Below, in pieces: positions 10,928 through 22,872 of a stretch of DNA of 64,000 nucleotides (within the stretch, counting starts at the first letter, position 1; every line of letters begins with the position of its first letter). Source of the DNA: Cladosporium halotolerans. Taxonomy: Eukaryota. The stretch spans positions 186,001 through 250,000 of the forward strand of contig NW_027191481.1 in the NCBI RefSeq assembly GCF_011745625.1. Direction: 5' to 3'. Under the pieces are notes generated by a model. That model had not been told where the DNA came from, did not search any database, and worked only from the letters and a program-made list of their open reading frames with translations. A program made the translations under genes and the position numbers.

Positions 10928-13900
10928 TTACTTCTTCGCTTTCCCTTTCCCTGCCACGCCTCCAGCAAGTCTCCCAAGGTGACCCAGTCCACCGGTCTTC
11001 GCTTTGGATGGTCCATTACCTGTAGGAGTGATAGGAGGTCCGCCTTGCCCTTGCCTGGTGAGGCTTGCCGCGCTGTTCGGCCGTGCTGTTCGGTCAGGAA
11101 CAGTCAAGCGGATTTTGCTTCCACGAGCATCAGCAGACTTGTCCAGGGGCAAGGACTCCGCTTGGGCTTCCTCAATGTGCGGGTTGAGCTGCCGCAGCTG
11201 AGCCCTGCGGACGCGGTCTTGCGTTGCTCTGAACTTCTCGAGCAGCTCCGTCCATCTGATGCCGCCGTCTTCTCGGCTCTTAAGGCGGTTTTGCCGCTCG
11301 AATGTGCTGACGCTAGAGGGGGTTGTAGGAGGAACACCGCCTGTCCTTGGCGCGATGTGCAAATATCCAATTGCGCTGACGGAGTTGAGGCGATTCTTCA
11401 ATGCGGCGAAAGCACTCGATTGCGGCAGAAGCATGAGTAGGCCGTAAAGACACTTGTATAGATGAGGGAAACGCTCTGGTTCGAGCAGCTGCATCCGGAG
11501 ATAGGTGAATACGGGCGACTCAAGCAGTTGGACAAGCTTGTCGATCTGAATGAGAGTGTTGACCGTCATCTCCATGTCTGCGAAAACTTGAAGAAGGTTG
11601 TATGCTTGCTCATAAGCCTGAGCCAACAGACACAGGGAAAAAGTGGCGACTGCATTGCCGCACCAGGCTTTGAAGAGAACTGTGAAGAACGTCTGGCTTT
11701 CTTTGGACGAATCGAGTTGCCGCAACCGCTTCCGCAGGTCAGCCAATTCGGGCGCCGTAATCAGGTTGTTGTTTAGGTTCTGCACCATCAGAGTCGCGAA
11801 CTCAATGTCCTCTTCAGTGTCGTATGTCGTACTGAGGATATCACTTAAGGTGCGGTATATTCTTTCCGCCGATAGCGATGTGCTCAACTGTCTTATAATG
11901 AGGTTACCTCGTGACTGAAGCAATGCGCGATCTGTGCAAAATAAGGATAGCAAGTTTTGCATGAAAGAGGTAAAATAGCTTTCATCGCTATTCTTGCTGA
12001 TCTGGCTCAGCAGAAGTAGGTCTCTGGTGACGACAGCCTCAGCGGGATCGCTGAGAGTCTTCAGCAAGGCCGGGAAGGTGCCGGAGTGGATAGCAAGGAT
12101 GCGTCTCGGTGATTTGCGGTGGAGCATGATCAACCAAGCAAGAGCGGCTACTCGGGTTGCTTCGTGTTCGTGAAGGAATTGTAATGTGAGAGCGTTCACA
12201 GCAGCCTCATAGTCGAAATGTATGGTGGGAGTGGCGTCAGAAGGAGTGTCTTCCGCTGGCGGTTCAGGTGTCCGGCTAGTGGGAGTGCGAGAAGAGGTAT
12301 CCGCAGGTTCAGGGCTGGGTGCTTTGCGAGTCAGCCTTGAAGAAGGCCCTGATTCCCGGCGATCGCCATTTGAGGTATCCTTCAAGTTCTTCGAGGTCAA
12401 ACTCGCTGCGGGCGTGGCCAATGAGTTGGGTTGCGCTTGCGGCGCGTTCTGATCAGACTTTGCCGGTTCCTCGGGTAGCGACATGACATAAGCCATTAAT
12501 GCTTGGTTCACACGGCTTGCCGCCTGCTTGACCAAGTCGACGTCGTGAGATAAAGCGGGCAGCACCTGACCCAGCAAGCGGGGTGTGAAGAGTAGAATGT
12601 CTTCGGGGCAGATGTCAAGAAATGCCTCAATCCATTTCAGAGTCGTCACCTGGACCTCCTCGTTCTGCGATTCCGACAAGAATGTCACCAAGATGTCGAG
12701 AATCCTTTGATAGTCGATGGGTACGTCCTGGCCAGGGATCCACTCGTCTTCAGCGTCATCGACATCCTTTTCGGTGTCGCTCGCAGTCAATGATGAGCGG
12801 CCGTCGGATGCAAAGTCGCCATCTGTGCCGTCGCCTCCCTCGTCTCGCGCCTCGTCTTTTGATTCAGACTGTTCTGCATCTTGCGCCTCAACACTATCAT
12901 TTGCTTGGCCTTCATCGCCAGGCGCACTTGAATCGCTGGGCTTCCTTTCAGTGTCGCGCGTCCGCCTGCTTTCTGCAATACCTTTCTTGACCGCTGCAAT
13001 TTTCTTGATCTCGGTGAGAAACTTGTCCAGAGCCTGTTTGGTTGTTGTATGCACGTCGACGTTTGTGTCGGTCAGGTACTTGAGAAGCCCACCCAGGAAA
13101 CTAGGCAGGTAGGCGACAAGCTCAAGGTCGGGTATTGAATCCAATAAGGTGATCCAGGACGTCAAGAATGATCGCGTAAAAGGATTCATGACGTGGATAC
13201 GTTCCTGCAGCAAGGGAATGAACTTGGGCAGGCTGAAAGCCATGGGAAGTTCATCTCGATCAGCATCGTCCCCGAAAGAGTCCTCAGGTGCGAGAATGCT
13301 CGCATATGTGGCTGCAGACTCGCTGACAATATCTTTGATCAATCGGTCGAGAAGTTCGGCACCGTTCTTCACACTAAGTTCAGAATCGGCAGCGAGCTTG
13401 CAGAGAGCGTCAAAAACGTCGTTGAAGTAGACCAGGATTTCGCCTTTGGCAACTTTGGCAATATTGTACATGCTCTCGCAAGCGTAGTAGCGCACACGCG
13501 CATCTTGGTCTGAGAAGCAAGCCAATACGGGAGGTACTATCTCGCGCAGATACCGGGCGACTTCCTGTGTTGTTCAGTATCGCGTCATAGGATTGTATCG
13601 GACTTAGATGTTCGGAATGGGCTGCCTTACTGAACCAAGAGCAATGGCTGCTGCAGCCAAGCCAATCAATCCTCCGTTTCGAGCATGAGGCTGGTGAACT
13701 GCATAGGCGTAATCATGGCAGAGCTGGTGGACAATTTTGGCGATGCGGTCATGGTTGCCTTCGGCAAGAGCGGATCGGATGGTGGTCTCGAGTCTGGAGA
13801 CGTTGTCAGTCAGTGGACCCAGATCCTTTGTGCTAGCTCATGCGCGATCATCCTCAATTTGGCAATGGCCCGTACTGCCCAAAGAGTCGTGCAGTATGGA

Positions 13901-14004
13901 GGGCAGCAACAAAGTCGGTGTCGGTGTGGAACATACTCAAGAGCACCGCCTTTCCTCTTGTCGTACAGCTTGTCCTGTAACGCCCGCGATGTTGCAGTCT
14001 CCAT
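10928..14004 (-). CDS. VAC14: Vac14, scaffold of the PI(3,5)P2 regulatory complex
   Basis: Exons 14004-13937, 13793-13631, 13564-10928. LQDKLYDKRKGGALE, ARNGGLIGLAA, DQDARVRYYACESMYNIAK, QIDKLVQLLESPVFTYLR, LLMLLPQSSAFAALKNRL. Confidence 0.95.
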
Positions 14005-14551
14005 CTATTCTGCTCCCGCTCTGCCCACTCTGCACGAATGGCACTCGCTGGAGTTCGTCTAGTCTCGCGTGACCATAGCGTCACTCTCACGGTGTTGCAG
14101 ACGATGTTTGTTGGAACGCGGGCTGTCTGGCGAAGGCAGGTTGGGCTGAGTTGTTCTTGTGTGGTTCTTGTGTGGTAGGCGCGTATGCAGCGTGTGGGAC
14201 TGCTCAGTGATTGTGGTCGTGTTTTGTGGTCCAGCCAGGCGGCGGCGGAGGGTGTTCGTCCAGTGGTGCAGCGGCTGGCCTCGGCAGCTCATGGGAGCTT
14301 GGGACAAGCCAAACACATGACATGACAAGGAACGCGCTGTTCGTGGCTTGCCCGGGCCGCCCGGCGAGGCGAAGGCTCGCTCCGTCGCCGCCAGCGTGGG
14401 GCAGCTGTGAATTCGCGCCCCGCGATGGATATGACTGGGCATTGATAAGGCGCGGGAAACATTTCGCCCACGCGCCCTGCCACATACCGCCTCTCCACAG
14501 TCGTTTTCTGGTATCCGGCCACACATTGGACCACATTGACACACACACAAC

Positions 14552-16336
14552 ATGGCGGACAAGCCCGTGATCCACGTCGACGAGGAAGCCGGCCTCGACG
14601 TCCCCGAGCAGGATGGCAGCCAGGCCAAGCCCTACAAGAGCGTGCAGTTTGCCTACCAGCAGCACACCGACACCGCCTCGTACCTGTCCAAGAAGAAGGA
14701 GGGCGACGAGGAGGTCGCGACATACAAGCCTGCCGCCAAGGCTGCGCTGAAGAAGGCTGCCAACTATGTTGAGCAGCAGAAGAAGAAGGCTGGCAAAGAG
14801 AAGGAGCTGGCTCTGAGGCAGAAGAAGGAGGAAGACGAGAGGCAAAAGGCTCTTGAGGAGGCCAAGAAGATTGTCATCACCGAAGATGCCAGCCTGCCTA
14901 AGGCTGTCAAGATCAACCTGGGCGAGACGAGACCTGAGATTGTCAAGCTGGGCAACGGTGAGAGGCCCAAGGAGGTCGACTACAGCAGCGAGAACCGCGG
15001 CACTCGCGTGCGTGTGCTTGGTCGCGTGCACAGAGAGAGGAAGCAGAAGGACCTCTGCTTCGTCACCCTCCGCGATGGCTACGGCTACATGCAGTGCGTC
15101 CTTGCCGGCCCGCTTGCTAGAACCTACGACGCCATTACCCTCACGCGCGAGACCAGCATGATGATCACCGGCGAAATGTGGGAGGTTCCCCCTGGCGCCC
15201 ACGCCCCGAACAACCGCGAACTGCACGCCGACTACTTCGAGATCATCGGCAAGGCCCCCGGTGGTGACGAGGCCATTACCAACAAGGTCCAGGAGAAGGG
15301 TGACCCCCAGACTCTCCTCGACATGCGCCACCTTCTCCTCCGTGGTGAGACCGCCAGCTCTCTGATGTTCGTCCGCGATGCTGTCGAGTTTGCCTTCAAT
15401 GCCAAGTACCACGAGCTCGGCTACATCAAGGTCGCTCCTCCTGCACTTGTCCAGACCCAGGTCGAGGGCGGCAGCACCCTCTTCGGCTTCAACTACTACG
15501 GTGAGAACGCCTACCTCACCCAATCCTCCCAGCTCTACCTCGAGACTGCCATCCCCTTCGCCGGCAACGTCTACTGCATTGAGAAGTCCTTCCGCGCCGA
15601 GAAGTCCCTCACCCGCCGCCACTTGTCGGAATACACCCACGTGGAGGCTGAGCTTGACTTTATCAACTTCGACGACCTCCTCGTCCATTTGGAGGACATG
15701 ATCTGCGGAGTGCTCGAGCACGTGCTCGCCAACCCGCGCATCGCCGCCATGTTGCAGAAACTCAACCCAGACTTCCAGATGCCCGAGCGCCCCTTCAAGC
15801 GCATGCGCTACTCGGACGCCATCGACTGGCTGGTGGAGAACGAGATCCCGAACGAGGAGGGCGAGCCGCACAAGTTCGGCGACGACATCGCCGAGGCCGC
15901 CGAGCGCCGCATGACCGACATCATCAACCGCCCCATCTTCCTCACCCACTTCCCCGTCGAGATCAAGGCCTTCTACATGCAGAAGGAGAAGGCCGACCCC
16001 CGCGTCACCGAGTCCGTTGACGTCCTCATGCCCGGCGTCGGCGAGATCGTCGGCGGCAGCATGCGCATGGACAACTTCGACGAGCTCATGGCCGCTTACA
16101 AGCGCGAGGGCATGGACCCTTCGCCTTACTACTGGTACACTGATGTTAGGAAGTGAGTTCTGAACTACCCCACTCGATTTTCGAGAATCTGAAGGCTAAC
16201 TTTGATCAGGTACGGCTCCTCTCCCCACGGCGGCTACGGTCTCGGTCTCGAGCGCTTCCTCGCCTGGCTGTGCAACCAGCACACCGTCCGCGACACCTGC
16301 TTGTACCCCCGCTACATGGGCCGCTGCAAGCCTTAG
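14552..16336 (+). CDS. DED81: Cytoplasmic asparagine--tRNA ligase
   Basis: Exons 14552-16152 and 16210-16336. OB-fold ([10 protein letters not shown]), [32 protein letters not shown], motif 3 [12 protein letters not shown]. Confidence 0.95.
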
Positions 16337-16879
16337 ACGACGTGTCTGCATGAGTAACGAAGGGAAATGTGGTTGAAGGCGTAGAGGCCATGATCGGACC
16401 CGGCATAGAAAAGAGGTATCTAGAAAAAAGATCCCGTGTCTTTAGCGATCTCAAAGAACAAAAACATTCGAAACGAAAAGAACTGCAAACACGTGCTTTC
16501 ATGAGCGACGTGGAAAACCATCCCTCAATGCCCACAGCACGACACACAAGCACATCCTATGCACAGACACGAGTGGTAGTCAAACGTCACTGCAAGATCG
16601 AACGGGTGATTTGATGGGGAACATGCCTGTGGCTGGTATGATACACTCGAATAACCCGCGCAACAAAAAAAGAATATACCATATAGACAAGAGGAAAGAA
16701 GACCACACCCGCCGTGCCCGTTTCACTCCTTTCCCGGGCCAGCTGCCCATGCGTCAGACGAAGCCCTCTATTGCGAGCCAACTCCGGCGTTTCCGCTCAC
16801 TGCCTTCCTCTCACTTCGAACATCCAACAGCGCATCATTACCACTATTTTGACTTTTTTCTCTCTTCTAGCGTAACCGT

Positions 16880-18638
16880 CTAGTAGTGGATGGCCTTGCC
16901 GTAGGTGGCCATGGCAGCTTCCTTGAAGGCCTCGGCGAGCGTGGGGTGGGCGTGCGAGGTGCGGCCGATGTCCTCGGTCGAGGCGCCGTACTCGAGCGCA
17001 AGCGTGCCCTCGGCGATCATCTCGCCGGCGTTGGGGCCGACGATGTGCACGCCCAGGATGCGGTCGGTCTCGGCATCGGCAAGGAACTTGACCAGGCCCT
17101 CGGAGTCAAGGTTGGTCTTGGCGCGCGAGTTGGCGCTGAAGGGGAAGCTGCCGACCTTGTAGTTGACGCCGGCCTCCTTGAGCTCGGCTTCGTTCTGGCC
17201 GACCCACGCGACCTCGGGGTGGGTGTACATGACGCTGGGGATGGCGCCGTAGTTGACGTGGCCGTAGTTCTTGGTGATGTACTCGACGGCCGCGACGGCC
17301 TCCTCCTCGGCCTTGTGGGCAAGCATGGGGCCGAAGGTGCAGTCACCGATCACGCGGATGTGAGGGATCTTGGTGCGGTACTCCTGGTCGATCACGAGAC
17401 GGCCGCGGTTGTCGGTCTCAAGACCGATCTTCTCGAAGCCGAGACCGGCGGTGTAGGGGCGACGGCCGATGGCGACAAGGCAAACGTCTGCCTCGAGCTG
17501 TGAAGAGGGTTGTTAGTAAGCAGGCCATGCGGTCATGCGGTTGTGCGACAGTGATCGCGAGAAGTGAACTTACAGTCTCAGCCTTGCCGCCCTTGGCAGC
17601 CTCGACGTCGAGCTTGACGCCCTCGCCGCTGTCGTCACCCTTGACGACCTTGGTGTTGAGCTTGAACTTCAGGCCCTGCTTGCCGAGGGTCTTCTGGATG
17701 TTCTTGGAGATGTCGGTGTCCATGCCAGGACCGCCGATCTGGCCGAGGAACTCGACAACGGTGACCTCGGAGCCGAGACGGGACCAGACGGAGGCCATCT
17801 CGAGACCAATGATACCACCACCAATGACGACCATCTTCTTGGGGACCTCAGTAAGGGCGATAGCGCCGGTGGAGGTGATGACCTTCTTCTCGTCGATGGT
17901 AAGGCCGGGGAAGGGAGTGGCCTCGGAACCGGTCGCGATGAGGATGTTCTTGCCGCGCACGCTGGTCTCGCCGCCCTCGGTCAGGTTGACGTTGATGGTG
18001 TGCTCGTCGGCGAACGCGCCAGTGCCCTTAATGTACTCAACGTTGTTCTTCTTGAAAAGGAACTCGATACCCTTCGTCAGACCGCCGACGGAGGTCTCCT
18101 TGGCCTTCATCATCTGGGCAAGGTTGAGCTTGACATCGTTGACCTCGATGCCGCGGTTCTTGGTGTCGTGCATGATCTGGTGGTAGAGGTGCGAGTTGTT
18201 GAGGAGGGATTTCGAGGGAATGCAGCCAACGTTCAGGCAGGTACCGCCGAGGGAGCCACGCTTCTCAATGCATGCGACCTGTGTCCGGAAGTGTTAGAGA
18301 AAGTGTCCTCCTGCGTCGATGTTATGTTCCCAAGCTCTCCGACGCACCTTGAGGCCCTCCTGGCCGGCCTTGATGGCGGCGACATATCCGGCAACACCGC
18401 CACCGATGATGACGAGATCCTTCTCCTCTGCGCAAATGTCAAGTCAGCATGCCTGCAGGCGCGCCGAGCAAATGTGTGATTCTTCCGTACCAGAAGGGGT
18501 GGCGTAGCCTCGTCTTTGCCATATGCGCTGCTGCAGCAGGGTTGTGCTGGGGGCTGTTGAGCGAAGGGCCTGGGCGCTCTGGAAACCGGAGGAGAGAGCG
18601 CCGCGGGTGGACGCGCGGGTGGCGAGCTGCTTGAACAT
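16880..18638 (-). CDS. LPD1: Mitochondrial dihydrolipoamide dehydrogenase (E3)
   Basis: Exons 18638-18491, 18427-18348, 18278-17574, 17497-16880. Arg-rich presequence, GGGVAG, redox motif [22 protein letters not shown]. Confidence 0.96.
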
Positions 18639-19338
18639 GACCGCGGAATACAGAACGAGAGGCGGCGGAAGAGGAGGGGCGGCGCAATGTATGGGAGGTG
18701 GTGGCGGAGAGGGGTGGGTGAGGATGGAGATGGTATGCAGGTGGAAAAGGCTGGCGTCGGTGTTGCTGAGCTGCCGCTGGTGCTGTTGCTGGCTGGCGCC
18801 GGCTTTCCCACGAAGACTAGCCGGGCTGCTGGCTGCTAGCTTCGGAGGAGGCTTCGGCCCGTCCAATCAGCGCCATCGAGAACATCAACTGCAGACGTAC
18901 ACTACGTACAATCAATCGATCCTTACCGAGGGCTACATTACTGATTATCGTGTTGCGGTATATCGGGTGCATCAGGGTAGTTTGTATTCACATCTCACGT
19001 TCACAAGCGATGGATACACGTGGGAGGTGTCACGACAGTATCACAATGGCGAGAGTGTTTTGTGGCTGGAAACACTCGCGCAATGTGATAGAAAGAATAC
19101 ATGGATTGAACCATGCTTCAGGATCGTCGTCATTCAATTGATTTGAACATCAGCGAGCTATCTTGTGGCTGAGTATAGCTTTCGCAAGGATGTTTTCAGT
19201 CACGAATGGAGTGGTCAACTCCGCCATATCTCTCATGGCGCCTTCACACAAGCAGATCAGAAGCCAGGAGTAGCGGACAGGAGCAGAAACCACCTTCTGA
19301 AGATGGAGCGCCGGACAAGGCCCTCAGAAGATGTGCTC

Positions 19339-19901
19339 CTACTCGTCTTCGAGTTCATACTCAGCGTCCTCGTCCTCGTCCTCGTCGGCCTTAGCCTTGA
19401 CTACCTTCTTGCGGCCGCCCTTCTTCGGCTTCTTCTTCTTCTTCTCCTCCGGCGGAGAGAGGTACTCATCGTCGTCCTCGGCATCATTAAGAGCAGTGGC
19501 CTTGCCCTTGTGACCCTTCTTGGCGTTGCCGCCCTCAGCAGCAGCGGCCTTGCGCTTCTGCCAACGAGGTTAGTGAAGTTCCTCTCGGTTGAGTAATGAT
19601 AAAATCCACCTTCGGCGTGGTAGCAGGAGCAGCCTCGCCGTCGTCGCCGGCAGCCTCATCTGCCTTCTTCAGCTTGGCCCTCTCCTTGTCGATCATCTGC
19701 TGGCACCCCTTCAAGGTGCGGCCTTCCGGCAGAGTGAGCTCCGGCCATGGGATCGTGCCACACTTAGCGATGATCTGGATGAACAGGGAGTTCTGTGAAC
19801 GTGGTAGTCAGTGGCGCTGGGTGACGGTCAGATCTGTAGGCGCCGGATTTCCGTACCTTCTCAGACTCGCTCCAGTTCTTCGGGCGACCTTTGCCAGTCA
19901 T
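19339..19901 (-). CDS. Uncharacterised 148-aa Lys/Glu-rich protein with a possible Myb-like N-terminal domain
   Basis: Exons 19901-19857, 19792-19610, 19557-19339 splice in frame. Only exon 1 appears in the ORF track. Intron 2 has a weak GTGGAT donor but a good CACTAAC branch point. Codon usage is gene-like. Confidence 0.7.
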
Positions 19902-20269
19902 GGTGAATGAAAGCGATGTGGTTGATGTTGTTGGAGTTCGTGCGAAGATGAGACAGGTGGAGAGGATGTGGGAAGCAAAGGACAAAACGGACGGTGAGGA
20001 GGTCGAGAAAATTTAGTAAGCGAGTCTCTCGTGAGTGAACAAGAGCTTTGGCCGTTTAGTCAAGTTGACTCGTGATGTGCTCTCGGACCCTGCATTTCAC
20101 TTGCAGCTCACTCCTGCTTCACTTCGAACTTTTTGAGCTTGTGAAAGACATATGAAACAGTGTCCGAGACGATAAAATTCTCGCAAGTCGCCACTTGCTT
20201 TTCTCTTTGTTTGTCCGACACCTGCCACCTTTTCGAAGCTGAGAGTCATTGACGAAGGCCTTAGCGAGC

Positions 20270-21301
20270 ATGGCCACACCAGCGTGGGAGTACAACGACG
20301 ACCCGAGCACCTACTTCAACGAGGAGATGAACGATGCGATGCTGGATGAGAGCGATGCCTTCGGGATGGGAAATGACGAATTCGTCGATGCTCCAGAGCA
20401 CCAGCCTCAGGAGGACGTCAGCATGAACGATATAGGCTTCAAGCAGCAAGATCCTGCTGAGGAGAACCAAGGTGATGCTTCGTCCTCCTACATTCTGTCT
20501 GGCCTGCCTCCCAACCCTTACACTTTCGATCAAAACGCTGCTCACTTGGAGCCCAAGGCAGAGCCGGAGGAAGAGCAAGTCAACGAGGAGCCCATCAAGC
20601 GCCAAAGACTCCGGGCTCGCTACGACCCTGCTTCCGAGCCTGAGGAGAAGATCAGCGTCAACAAGCAAACCGGTTCCAATGACTACGCCGCAGCATACCT
20701 CGCCGCTCTCAAGAAATTTCCGCACTCTAGCCAAAGCGACAACTCAGGCGAAAGCTCCGCCGCTCCCAACACCGTTACGCCTGCCATCCAGCAGCCTCTA
20801 CAGCCTCTACCGAAGAGCCTCACAGCACAAGCAGAGCCCAAACTTGACAACCTTGTTGGCGAAAAGCCCTGGCTCGGCCCCGACGACATCCGCGACGTCT
20901 CCAAACCCATCCAGCGCGAAAAGCGCTGGCACGACAAGGTCGCACACCTGCACCCACAGGTCCCCCTTGCGCCGCACCGCTATTGGATTGGTATCCTCAA
21001 TCCCAACGTGCTCCCGCGCAATGCGTGCAAGGAAACTCATTTCACGTGGATGAAGGGCAACCGGCTGACGACGGTCGAGACCGTGCGCAAGGTCTACGCC
21101 GCGACGACCATGCTCGAGCTTGTGTTTATGATGGGTGGCGAGAGGCCGGAGGATGGTGATCGGATGGAGCAGCTGGACCTCTTCAATGATAAAATTGTGC
21201 TCTTTTCGGTCGTTGAAGAGGGGACGCCCGAGTCAGTGGGGAGAAAGATCACGGAGGGGTTGGTAACGAAGGAAAGGGAGGTTATCGAGCTGCTCGATTG
21301 A
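20270..21301 (+). CDS. Hypothetical protein, acidic disordered N-terminus, possible ubiquitin/SUMO-like C-terminal domain
   Basis: 343-codon ATG-initiated ORF with gene-like codon usage. Confidence 0.7.
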   Translation: MATPAWEYNDDPSTYFNEEMNDAMLDESDAFGMGNDEFVDAPEHQPQEDVSMNDIGFKQQDPAEENQGDASSSYILSGLPPNPYTFDQNAAHLEPKAEPEEEQVNEEPIKRQRLRARYDPASEPEEKISVNKQTGSNDYAAAYLAALKKFPHSSQSDNSGESSAAPNTVTPAIQQPLQPLPKSLTAQAEPKLDNLVGEKPWLGPDDIRDVSKPIQREKRWHDKVAHLHPQVPLAPHRYWIGILNPNVLPRNACKETHFTWMKGNRLTTVETVRKVYAATTMLELVFMMGGERPEDGDRMEQLDLFNDKIVLFSVVEEGTPESVGRKITEGLVTKEREVIELLD

Positions 21302-21930
21302 TTGGCAGGTGGAAAAGTGGATTGACGGGTGGACGAGTTGCTATGTGGCTTGATGGGTCGAGCCAGATGATGACATGAAGCGCGGCTACTTGACAGGCAA
21401 GACCTGTGTATGCTGGTTTGAATTTTCGATCTGGAATGTTTCTAGGTATTTAGCCTGCGAGTATAGCTGGAGGTCCACGGCCAGGAAATTATGCTACCAG
21501 AAGAAATGCAGTTACTGTCCCTCTGGCATGAAAGTCCAAACACCGTCTTTCACAGCCTCTTGCGTGTTCATCTACCTTACTGACCCGGCCTCACGGCTCA
21601 GCTGTCGTAGAGCCGCGGGACATGACCATCTTGTCTTGCACAGGAATTACGCCTTGGAGGGTATCATGCATAGTCCGAGCACTCACAGGAATCCTATCAC
21701 TCTTTCGGAGGGTTCTTCTGCGCCCTCCAGAGCACATTCCTTCTGATGACATTAGGTTTTTCACTGTGGCCGTCTTGTGTCCCGGCTTCCCTTCGAGGCA
21801 TCCATCGGCTCTCGAAGATCTTGAATCCCACATTTCCCTTCCATCCTTTCGAATCTTTGCGCCTCGGCGAGACGTGGGTATCATTGCTTCCGCCTCTTTG
21901 TATCTATTGGCACCTCTTCGTACGCCATTA

Positions 21931-22489
21931 TCACTCAAGCTTGTCCAAATGCTCCAGTCGTGTGAGGACGACTTGCTTTGAAGTTTCTTGAATCTCGCCG
22001 GCTAGGAAGACTTCGTCCAAGATTGCGTACACCTTTCATTAACGTCAGCACTGATTCTCAACCCAGCAATTGCAAATCGCGTCCGCGCTCACCTTGTAGA
22101 AGTTGAAGACCAGGTCCAGCTCGCACACATTGCCGAAGAATTGATCCAAGACCTCGACGAAGAAGTGAATGGCCTCCAGATAGGCGAGCTCATTGTCGTT
22201 GGCATCTACGCATGCGCAGAAGAACAGGCCGGCGTAACGGCGGTAGACGACCTTCGAAGCGCCGCGGAACTCGACGAAGTTTGACTGGTGCTTTTGATCA
22301 CGCGGCGCGACCAGGCGGTGGATCTCGCCCTTGAGTTTGATCTTCTCATCATCGTTGTAAGGGTTGTACCATTTGGCTAGGCGAGTCTTGCCTCTGGAAG
22401 GCGGCGGGGTTAGCGACGGGGGCTAAGGATGGATGGATACGTAGAGATACGCACTGCCGGTTTTGAATGAGAATGAATGACAACACCAT
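21931..22489 (-). CDS. APS2: AP-2 adaptor complex subunit sigma
   Basis: Not in the ORF track. Exons 22489-22455, 22393-22093, 22032-21931 give [69 protein letters not shown]. Confidence 0.95.
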
Positions 22490-22872
22490 CCTGACGGATT
22501 GTGCTGAAGCTGAACTTCAGTATTTGAAAGGAGACCTATCCAAATGCCCGAGTCGATCGTATGTCGTCGCGGCTTCGGGCCCCTCGACCCCAGAAGTGAG
22601 GTCGGGAGGACCCGCGAGGGCTCGGGGCTCGCAACTTCCTGCCGAAGCGCCGATTGGCGAAGATCATTTTGACTGACATTATTGCGCGACCAGCCTCTCG
22701 TGTCGACGGATGTCTACGCGAACGAGGCATTCAATTCGCAATGCGCAGTAAGATTCCTCCTTGACGTTGACTTACGTTCAGTGGGCTTTGATTATCCCCT
22801 ACGCGCACGACAAAGTCACACTTGAACCATCTCTTCGATCCACCAGCCACAGTGTCTGTCTGGTTGGCGACA

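Noticed and set aside
13794..13936. Longer introns (VAC14 143 nt, BFR1 122 nt) as possible snoRNA hosts, TPP riboswitches or introner-like elements
   Set aside because: No proper C/D box pair, no TPP consensus and no similarity among introns visible by eye. An Rfam scan would settle it.
14204..15949. 581-aa ORF antisense to AsnRS (similar ones at 8250-9323, 10009-11016, 44765-45835, 52853-53962)
   Set aside because: These are codon-register shadows of strongly GC3-biased genes and contain no recognisable motifs.
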